A DNA stretch of 31,225 nt from a virus. Taxonomy: Duplodnaviria > Caudoviricetes. The stretch spans positions 1-31,225 of the IMG/VR virus record IMGVR_UViG_3300027985_001029. One strand, written 5' to 3'. Made by a program: the position numbers and the translations under genes. Shown in pieces: positions 24,141 through 31,225 of the stretch (within the stretch, counting starts at the first letter, position 1; each line of letters opens with the position of its first letter). The notes beneath the pieces are model-generated. The model made no database searches. It had not been told where the DNA came from and saw nothing but the letters and a program-made list of their open reading frames with translations.

Positions 24141-25957
24141 CACTTGATTTAAATGCAAATGTGGCCTCTTTAAAAAAGGATTTGGCCGCTGCAAAAAATC
24201 AATTGGGAAGTTTTCAGAAAGGAGTTAAAAGCATTGGCGACTCTATTAAAGGGGCTTTTGCTGTTGGTGCTATTGTGGCAGCCGGTAAGGCTATTTTTGA
24301 TTTTGGAAAAGAAGCTTTAGAACTTGGCGGGCAGTTAAAAGGTGTAAAGTCTGCTTTTGATGCTATGAATCAGCCTGATTTATTAAACCAGATGCGCGAG
24401 GCCACCAAAGGCACGGTTTCAGACCTTGAATTGATGAAAAATGCCGTAAAAGCCAACGAGTTTAACATTCCTGTTGAAAAAATGGCTACTATGATGCAGT
24501 TTGCAAGTATGCAGGCGCAAAAGATGGGTGGGTCGGTTGATTACATGGTAGATTCTATCACAACCGGTTTAGCAAGGGGCTCATTGCCAATATTGGATAA
24601 CCTTGGTTTATCTGCTAAAGAGTTACAGGCAGAAATGAAAAAAACAGGTAATGTAACTGATGCAGCGTTTAATGTTATCAATAAGAAAATTGCAGCAACC
24701 GGCGGACTTGTTGAGACCGGGGCCATGGTTACTGCAAAATGGTCAGCAAGATGGCAAAACATGAAAGCTGATATCGGTGTGTTGATTGACAATGTGCTGG
24801 TAAAGATTTCACCAATTTTGGAAGATATTCGCGCCTGGTTTATTAATTTATGGCAAACCTCTGCACAATTTGTAGTTGACACTTACAACGGTTGGGTTGA
24901 CCTGTATAATAAAAGCATGGTTTTTAGAATGGGTATTGAGTGGATTGCCTTTCAATTTAAGGCTATGTGGTCCACTGCAAAGCTTGTTTTTAACATGCTT
25001 GTGGATTCATTCAAAGACATTGGCCGGCAAATAGCCTATGTTTTCAACCCAAATAACTGGGGCAAAGGGTTCATGACCGGTTTGCAAAAAATTCAACAGG
25101 AAGGCGCTGCAGAATTTAAAAAAGACATTCAAACCTTTGGCAGTGAGATAGGCACAGCCTTTATGGATGGCATTGATAATGTAGCCAATGGGCAAAAATC
25201 ACATATTAGTCTTGATAATATGCTACTTGGACAAAGTCTTGCCGGGGCAAAACAACAAGCAACTAAAATGGGTGAGGAAATTAAGCAGGCTATTGTAAAA
25301 CCATTGAAAAGTATTAAAGAAGAAATCAAAACTGAAAATGAGGATATATTCTCGTTTAACGAATTAGCCGCAGAGATTTATAATGATTCTCAAAAAATTG
25401 TGGATGTTATGCAGGTTACAAAGCAATCATTAATGGATGGAACCAATGAATTAAAATCATTTGTTAATGATAGTATTAGTTATTTCGCTGAAAGTATTGG
25501 AAAGACAATGGCCGGAGCGGGTGAGGGGCTTGCTGGTATTTTGCGTGGATTCTTAAATATTATTCTTGATTTTGGGACAAATTTAGGAAAACAATTGATT
25601 GCGCTTGGTACAGCTTCGCTAGCACTAAAGGCAATGTTTAGTAATCCATTTACGGCAATTGCTGCCGGTATAGGTTTAATTGCCTTAATGGCTAGTATTA
25701 GGGCACTTGTTAATAAAGGCGGACCGAAGTTCGCAAATGGTGGAATTGTTCCTGGATTATCGTTTTCAGGCGACCGTGTGCCAATACTTGCAAATTCAGG
25801 AGAAATGGTTTTAAATGCTACGCAGCAAAGTAATTTATTTAAACAATTGAATGGCGGTAATAATAGATTTTCAGGCAGATTAGTGACAAAAATGTCTGGA
25901 AGCGATATATTATTTATAGTTGAACAGGAAAAAAGAAAGCAAAGTTATTCTTACTAA
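24116..25957 (+). CDS. Tape measure protein (613 aa)
   Basis: Ala/Gly-rich helical; ILDNLGLS; C-terminal FANGGIVPG...GDRVPILANSGEMVLN. Confidence 0.92.
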   Translation: MAKTITELTLDLNANVASLKKDLAAAKNQLGSFQKGVKSIGDSIKGAFAVGAIVAAGKAIFDFGKEALELGGQLKGVKSAFDAMNQPDLLNQMREATKGTVSDLELMKNAVKANEFNIPVEKMATMMQFASMQAQKMGGSVDYMVDSITTGLARGSLPILDNLGLSAKELQAEMKKTGNVTDAAFNVINKKIAATGGLVETGAMVTAKWSARWQNMKADIGVLIDNVLVKISPILEDIRAWFINLWQTSAQFVVDTYNGWVDLYNKSMVFRMGIEWIAFQFKAMWSTAKLVFNMLVDSFKDIGRQIAYVFNPNNWGKGFMTGLQKIQQEGAAEFKKDIQTFGSEIGTAFMDGIDNVANGQKSHISLDNMLLGQSLAGAKQQATKMGEEIKQAIVKPLKSIKEEIKTENEDIFSFNELAAEIYNDSQKIVDVMQVTKQSLMDGTNELKSFVNDSISYFAESIGKTMAGAGEGLAGILRGFLNIILDFGTNLGKQLIALGTASLALKAMFSNPFTAIAAGIGLIALMASIRALVNKGGPKFANGGIVPGLSFSGDRVPILANSGEMVLNATQQSNLFKQLNGGNNRFSGRLVTKMSGSDILFIVEQEKRKQSYSY

Positions 25958-25959
25958 TT

Positions 25960-28509
25960 ATGGATGAGTTATTAGCCGAAAATATTGTTTGCGGGAATAT
26001 TGTTATTGAAAGTAGTGATTTGCATTCAGTGAGTAGTAATGCAATGTATTATGGCAGGTTTAGAAATAATGATGGTTCAATTACTTATCGTGTTGAAATT
26101 ATTAAAGAAGATTGGACCGGCGCTAATACAGAAATAGTTAATATGACTGATGAACCATTAGTCTATAAACATATAGATGTTGAAGGTACTCACATACAAG
26201 GCTCTGAGGTACAGTTTAAATTTATTGCTGATAGAGCAGATTACGCAGACTTTGATACTTTGACAGAGGGTGACGATTTTGAATATTGGATGAAAATATT
26301 TGATGAAAGCGATGACAGACTACCAGTTTGGTGGGGTTTTATCATTCCGTCACAAATTTCACGTTCTTATTTTGCCCCTCAATCAACTTACACTTTGGTT
26401 GCAACTGATTATTTGACAAAACTTAAAGACTTTACCTTACAAGATAAGGATGGAAATATACCACAAACAAGGAAAACAATATCTCAGGTTTTAGCGTGGT
26501 GTTTGAACAATCTTATTTATTCAAATGGCGCAGTTATTCAAAGTAGTGTAAAAGAAGCAAATATGGATTGGGGGCTTGCATTTGGGCGAGCCTACGTATT
26601 TCCAAAGATATTTCAAAAGACAAAAAACGGATTAATGGTTCCTGACAATGCATATGATGTATTAGACAATATTTTAAAAATGTTTAATAGTCGAATTTGT
26701 AGCCCATTAATGAGTAAAGATGATTTTCCGTCTGAAACAAATGGTAGGTTATGGATTAGTAATAGCGATGAGGTTATTTCACCGGCTTACGAAACAAGAT
26801 ATAGTAATAGTTATGATGGATTAGTTTCTTATAAAACCACAAATGATAATGACATATCTGTTAATATTGACAATTATAAGTTTGGAGTTGACTCAGAGTT
26901 AAGTAAAAAAGTCCCATTAAAATCGATGGAAATTTTAATGCATAATTATGATACTGGTGAAGAGGCTGATACAGTTGATTTTAGTATGATAACTACATTA
27001 ACAATTTGGACAAGGCTTAATTTGACATATCTAACATTTTTAAACAATAGATATAATTTTCAAGTTGGAACATTAACAACAGGAACGTTAACTATTACAA
27101 ATGCATTTAACATAACTAATGTCAATAATAATAAATATATAAATGTAAGTTTTACATTTCTGAATACTACGGCGTATGTTGCTCAATCAACTCCCACATT
27201 AAATGATATATCTAACGGAATATTTGTTTTTGTCAATATAATAAAAACTAGTTCAAGGCCTTATACAAGAACTGAATTTGTTACTAAATTAAATCAAGGT
27301 AGGCCAATAACATGGAAAAGTCCTAAAAATGAAGTTTTTAAAGTACATGAAAATGGAGGAGATTATAAAGTAGAGATATCTTTTGTAAATCCATCAAATT
27401 CACGAATAAAAACTTTTTCTCTCTGGGATGTAGCAATAAGTGTAGATTATGAGAATACAGACTCTATTGATAATGTAATTTTTGATTCACTATTTGCAGC
27501 CCAAGTACAAGATAACTTAGATGCGACTATTAAAATTGAAACTAAAATTGGTGATTCGGATGATGCAAGAAACGGATCTGCTATTACATTAGATGAAGCA
27601 GGTACAATTTTGACGTATGACTGGGCTAGATATGGTATAACAGAAAGCAAAAGATTACATGAATTAGTTTTCCAAAGTTATTTTAACAGATTTGGCGGAG
27701 ACTCAAAACAATTAAGGTTATCAGTTTATGACCCTCAAAATACTATTGGGCTACATAAAAAAATTGATTTTGATGATAAATTTTATCAGATACTAGATAT
27801 TGAAAAAAGTATAAAATCAGGTTGGGTGAGTTTAAGAATTCAGCAACTTTCAACATATGATGTTTCTTTTTCGTCTGAAAAATTATCAGTATCGCAGGTT
27901 GCATCAACAGTAAATGAAAATAGGGCAACTAAGGCACCTGACCCAGTAAGTCAATCTCATCAACATGAGAACTATACCAAAAGTGCAGCCGAAAATACTT
28001 TTGAAGCAAGCCAAACAATAATAGGTAGTTTGCTTTTAAATGATGCTAATACTGAGATTAAAGAGGGGACTAATAATTCAATAAGATTAAAGACAAATAA
28101 TGGTTATGCGGATATCGGTGCTCAAAATTCGTCATATTGCCATATGTATACAGATATGCCATCGTGGTATTCGAATAAGGATATTAATGCAAGCGATTTT
28201 GTATTGACTTCTGATGAGCGATTTAAAATAAAAATTGGAGACGTGAAAGGGGTTTTAGATAAATTAATGAATCTTAATCCTATATTTTTTAAGTGGAATG
28301 AAAAAGCAAAATTAGTTGACAGGTATAAAGAAGGGAAAGATATAGGTTTAATTGCTCAGGAATTGGAAAAGGTTTTTCCTGAATTAGTGCATACAAACGA
28401 TGATAAAATGCATTCAAAGGGTATAAGTTATTCAAAGTTAAGTATCGTTAACCTTGCGGCAATTCAGGAATTGTATAAGCTAGTTTTAAAATTAATAAAA
28501 GAAAAGTAA
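25960..28509 (+). CDS. Tail tip / central fibre protein with C-terminal intramolecular chaperone (peptidase S74)
   Basis: TSDERFK...GLIAQELEKVFPELV...ISYSKL...AAIQEL; follows tape measure; begins MDELLAENIVCGN. Confidence 0.85.
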   Translation: MDELLAENIVCGNIVIESSDLHSVSSNAMYYGRFRNNDGSITYRVEIIKEDWTGANTEIVNMTDEPLVYKHIDVEGTHIQGSEVQFKFIADRADYADFDTLTEGDDFEYWMKIFDESDDRLPVWWGFIIPSQISRSYFAPQSTYTLVATDYLTKLKDFTLQDKDGNIPQTRKTISQVLAWCLNNLIYSNGAVIQSSVKEANMDWGLAFGRAYVFPKIFQKTKNGLMVPDNAYDVLDNILKMFNSRICSPLMSKDDFPSETNGRLWISNSDEVISPAYETRYSNSYDGLVSYKTTNDNDISVNIDNYKFGVDSELSKKVPLKSMEILMHNYDTGEEADTVDFSMITTLTIWTRLNLTYLTFLNNRYNFQVGTLTTGTLTITNAFNITNVNNNKYINVSFTFLNTTAYVAQSTPTLNDISNGIFVFVNIIKTSSRPYTRTEFVTKLNQGRPITWKSPKNEVFKVHENGGDYKVEISFVNPSNSRIKTFSLWDVAISVDYENTDSIDNVIFDSLFAAQVQDNLDATIKIETKIGDSDDARNGSAITLDEAGTILTYDWARYGITESKRLHELVFQSYFNRFGGDSKQLRLSVYDPQNTIGLHKKIDFDDKFYQILDIEKSIKSGWVSLRIQQLSTYDVSFSSEKLSVSQVASTVNENRATKAPDPVSQSHQHENYTKSAAENTFEASQTIIGSLLLNDANTEIKEGTNNSIRLKTNNGYADIGAQNSSYCHMYTDMPSWYSNKDINASDFVLTSDERFKIKIGDVKGVLDKLMNLNPIFFKWNEKAKLVDRYKEGKDIGLIAQELEKVFPELVHTNDDKMHSKGISYSKLSIVNLAAIQELYKLVLKLIKEK

Positions 28510-28919
28510 TGGCACTTGGGAATACACCTACATTGCAAGAAATTAAGTTTGAATTAAGTTCAAGTAGTAATAAATTAACTGATTTCATTGATGAGGTTGG
28601 ACAAACTGGAAATTTTAATAAGCAAAGTGATTTTGCAAATTATACAGTCAAATTAATATCAAATATTACAGAATTATATTTTAGTTATATAGGAGGAAGC
28701 CAAGCAGTATCAATAGAATGCATTCCAGTTGGATGGACTTTATATTCAAAACCAAAATGGATAACAATTTCACCTTCATCAAGCACATTAAGCCCGCAAA
28801 GTTTAATAGTAACTTCCGGTGAGAATTTAGGGCCCATAAGATTTGACAATCTAGTACTCAAACAAAATAACAGGGATATTTATGAATCTATTTATTGTCA
28901 ACAAAATGGTTATATATAA
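28509..28919 (+). CDS. Small adhesin: fibre-tip attachment segment plus BACON-like domain
   Basis: N-terminal TLQEIKFEL...SDFANY; LYFSYIGGSQAVSI...W....P.WITISP...EN....R...Q. Confidence 0.7.
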   Translation: MALGNTPTLQEIKFELSSSSNKLTDFIDEVGQTGNFNKQSDFANYTVKLISNITELYFSYIGGSQAVSIECIPVGWTLYSKPKWITISPSSSTLSPQSLIVTSGENLGPIRFDNLVLKQNNRDIYESIYCQQNGYI

Positions 28920-28921
28920 AA

Positions 28922-30322
28922 ATGGCATATCCTGTATATCAAAATAATGGAGGAATTGGGGCAGCTGCATCAACAGATACAGTTTCTATTCCCTTTCCCT
29001 CATCTATATCAGCTAATGATATATTAATAGCACAGGTTCTATGTGCTATTAATACTTCTTTTATTACTCCTAACGGTTGGACACTAATTATTCAGTCAAG
29101 TTATAGTACATCTCTTACAGTAGCCTTATTTTGGAAAAGAGCTACAGGGAGCGAGATTGGTTCTGAAACTTTTATTGCTGCTGATTCTTCAAATACTATT
29201 TCTGGTTTAATTTCAAGATATACCGGTTGTTTATTATCTGGTATACCTTATGAGGGCGATTCTCTATATATGGATTATAGTAATTCTTTTGTAAATAACG
29301 CTCTTATTACAACAAACAATGATAGATTGGGATTATTGTTATATCTTATTGGAGATGACATTTATCCTAATACTTATCCTACAGAATATTCGAATGTATA
29401 TCAATCGGCAGATGTTACTGGTAATGGTTCTGAACACAGTATCAGTATAGTTGATATTCCAACTGCTCAAACTATTCCATCTGGTAATGGTACTTATTCG
29501 CGAAGTAAATATTATGGCTCATTCGTTTGTGCATTAATTCCTAATACCTCAAGCGGTGATAATTTAACATCTACAAATATTGAGAGTGCATCACTATTAA
29601 TATCATCAAGTGCAATAGTTCAAAATCATAGTTTAAATTCAGTAAATATTGAATCTGGTAATTCTATTATTAATGAGACTGCTATTAATCAATTACAGGC
29701 TTTAGAGTCCTCAAATGTAGAAACTTTAAACAGTGAAATAGGTCAACCATCAATAGGAAGCGACACAAATGATGAATTGAATTCAAGTAATATTGAAAGC
29801 CAGAATGTAATAATTGACACGCCAAATATTTCCCAAGTACATGATTTAAATGCTGAAATAATTGAAACAGCTAATGTAATTATAGCAGAGCCTAATATAA
29901 TTACTGATTCTTTTGATGAGTTAGTTTCTGTAAATATATTGAGCGTTCAAACAGTAATTAGTAATTCAGAAATTGCTCAAAATAATAGGTTAATTTCGGG
30001 TGATATTGAAACTGAAATTACAACGGTTAGTAATTCATCTATAAGTCAGATTCACAGTTTAGAATTAAACTCAATTGAATCAGATTTACTGGTAATTAGT
30101 AATCCTAATTTGATGAATCCTAATGGAGAGAATATCACTGAAGAATGGATTGAGAATAGTTTGATAACAACAGAATGGACTGAGGACAGTGCTATAATTA
30201 TTGATTTATCAGAGGATAGTATCATAACAACTGAGTGGATTGAGGACAGTGCTATAATTATTGATTTATCAGAGGATAGTATCATAACAACTGAGTGGAT
30301 TGAGGACAGTATAATTAATTAA
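28922..30322 (+). CDS. Fibre/scaffold protein: beta-sandwich head, 8 x ~23-aa repeats, acidic 10-aa repeats
   Basis: P.SISANDILIA...TPNGWT...FWKRATGSE domain; repeats at 29558-30112; ATG 28922. Confidence 0.75.
   Translation: MAYPVYQNNGGIGAAASTDTVSIPFPSSISANDILIAQVLCAINTSFITPNGWTLIIQSSYSTSLTVALFWKRATGSEIGSETFIAADSSNTISGLISRYTGCLLSGIPYEGDSLYMDYSNSFVNNALITTNNDRLGLLLYLIGDDIYPNTYPTEYSNVYQSADVTGNGSEHSISIVDIPTAQTIPSGNGTYSRSKYYGSFVCALIPNTSSGDNLTSTNIESASLLISSSAIVQNHSLNSVNIESGNSIINETAINQLQALESSNVETLNSEIGQPSIGSDTNDELNSSNIESQNVIIDTPNISQVHDLNAEIIETANVIIAEPNIITDSFDELVSVNILSVQTVISNSEIAQNNRLISGDIETEITTVSNSSISQIHSLELNSIESDLLVISNPNLMNPNGENITEEWIENSLITTEWTEDSAIIIDLSEDSIITTEWIEDSAIIIDLSEDSIITTEWIEDSIIN
30181..30310 (+). 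repeat. Exact 60-bp tandem duplication (2 copies plus 10 bp)
   Basis: 30181-30240 is identical to 30241-30300; 30301-30310 restarts the unit. Confidence 0.97.
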
Positions 30323-30343
30323 TAGGACATTAAATTTACTAAA

Positions 30344-30631
30344 ATGAGTAAAATATATAAAAACCAGACAAAGTTAAGGATTACCCGCAATGTAGGTATA
30401 GACTTAACTAATGGACAGTCTTTCAAAATTAAATTCATAAAGCCTGATAACTCGGAAGGTTTTTTCAATGCTGCTAAATTAGATAGTACACATATTTATT
30501 ATGATGTAACTCAATCTAGTGATTTAGACCAGTCAGGGGTATGGAAATTTTGGGCTTTTGTAACTTTTGCTGATGGTACTTATGCAGCCGGAGAGCCAAT
30601 AAAGAAAATAATTTACGATGAAGGTAATTAA
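30344..30631 (+). CDS. Single-domain BppU-N-like structural protein
   Basis: IDLT....IKFIKPD...IYY....DLDQSGVWKFWAFVTFADG. Confidence 0.7.
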   Translation: MSKIYKNQTKLRITRNVGIDLTNGQSFKIKFIKPDNSEGFFNAAKLDSTHIYYDVTQSSDLDQSGVWKFWAFVTFADGTYAAGEPIKKIIYDEGN

Positions 30632-30642
30632 AACAATTAGAT

Positions 30643-31017
30643 ATGAAAAAACAGAATGTAAGTGCAAAAAAGATAGAAATTTCAAAACCTACATTATCAA
30701 GTAATGAAGTGACTGAAACTATCAAAGGTAAGATAATAGTAATACAGTCTAGTAAGGAAGCGAATAAAGAAGCTGATTATATTATAAACAAGGACGGTTC
30801 TGTCATTGAAGGCAAAAAGAATAATGATAAGGTGATTATTTGTCTTGTAGGTGGTACAGAGATAACATGGACACCAATAGTTTCAATGATTAAAGTTATT
30901 GAGGGACTTAAAGAAAAAGGAGCTGGTAAGGTAGAAAGGTATGACGCATTCTATCCTGGCAAGATTAATCCTGAATTTAATCTAAGGCAAGCTTTAATCA
31001 AGTATAATGTCAGATAA
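30643..31017 (+). CDS. Degenerate amidase-2 (T7 lysozyme-like) protein, predicted inactive
   Basis: IIVIQSS, YIINKDGSVIEG, ICLVGG, K.NPEFNL align with T7 lysozyme motifs but the Zn ligands are substituted. Confidence 0.75.
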   Translation: MKKQNVSAKKIEISKPTLSSNEVTETIKGKIIVIQSSKEANKEADYIINKDGSVIEGKKNNDKVIICLVGGTEITWTPIVSMIKVIEGLKEKGAGKVERYDAFYPGKINPEFNLRQALIKYNVR

Positions 31018-31225
31018 TGATTACTTCAATTGTTTACCATTCCTTGTCAAGTATCATCTAAGTTTAGAATTGTTTTCTGAGCAATTAGGCGCAGAGTATA
31101 GTAATGAGATACACAATGAAGAATCACTTATTATTAAGCGAACCAATGTATGTATAGTAGCAATGCTGCATACTAATTTAAAGCAATTTTTTTTAAATTA
31201 TTTGATAAACAATAAAGGGAGGGGC
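31007..31225 (+). CDS. Hypothetical 79-aa ORF crossing the circular junction (continues at 59-79)
   Basis: ATG 31007, no stop to window end, TAA at 77-79 after the join; MSDNDYFNCLPFLVK...NNKGRGGLKCYS. Confidence 0.55.
   Translation, partial: MSDNDYFNCLPFLVKYHLSLELFSEQLGAEYSNEIHNEESLIIKRTNVCIVAMLHTNLKQFFLNYLINNKGRG
31168..31225 (+). repeat. Terminal direct repeat, right copy
   Basis: Identical to 1-58. Confidence 0.97.

Larger units (their letters stand above)
1..31225. mobile_element. Complete circular temperate siphovirus genome (HK97-like head), probable Bacteroidota host
   Basis: Exact terminal overlap; intact attP next to integrase; repressor/cro, replication, terminase, portal, protease, capsid and tail modules; no flanking host genes. 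Confidence 0.95.

Noticed and set aside
25960-30322. Diversity-generating retroelement or invertible tail-fibre cassette
   Set aside because: No reverse transcriptase or second recombinase; no adenine-specific TR/VR pair seen; the duplicated N-terminal motif differs mostly at synonymous sites
16240-30725. Numerous short minus-strand ORFs opposite structural genes
   Set aside because: Antisense shadows of well-supported plus-strand genes, with no recognisable motifs
1-31225. Stop-codon reassignment
   Set aside because: Core genes are full length under the standard bacterial code and TAA, TAG and TGA all terminate genes

Overview
The window is an apparently complete ~31.17 kb temperate siphovirus genome. 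It is circular: bases 1-58 equal bases 31168-31225, and a 79-aa ORF reads through the join. The host is most likely a Bacteroidota member (TTTG-N19-TAnnTTTG promoter, Bacteroidota-type integrase, BACON domain, SiaC/DUF1987). Gene order: putative cos, sigma-region-2-only protein, HNH, membrane protein, SiaC-like protein, attP (3' part of tRNA-Pro(GGG) with arm repeats), tyrosine integrase, leftward immunity genes, cro/early genes, replication initiator with internal iterons, terminase genes interrupted by small cargo genes, HK97-like head, and a short non-contractile tail with fibre genes. Most notable observations: (1) a ~22-aa motif repeated 8 times in a fibre-like protein and also present once at the N-terminus of the tail terminator, the tail-tip protein and possibly a dead amidase, suggesting a peptide-tag docking system for a small beta-rich subunit; (2) a 139-nt tRNA-framed RNA whose centre is replaced by three hairpins; (3) a minimised T7-lysozyme-like protein lacking all Zn ligands, with no recognisable active endolysin elsewhere; (4) phage-borne SiaC and a region-2-only sigma next to a cos/HNH module displaced from the terminase genes. 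All family assignments come from motif recognition by eye; no database searches were run.
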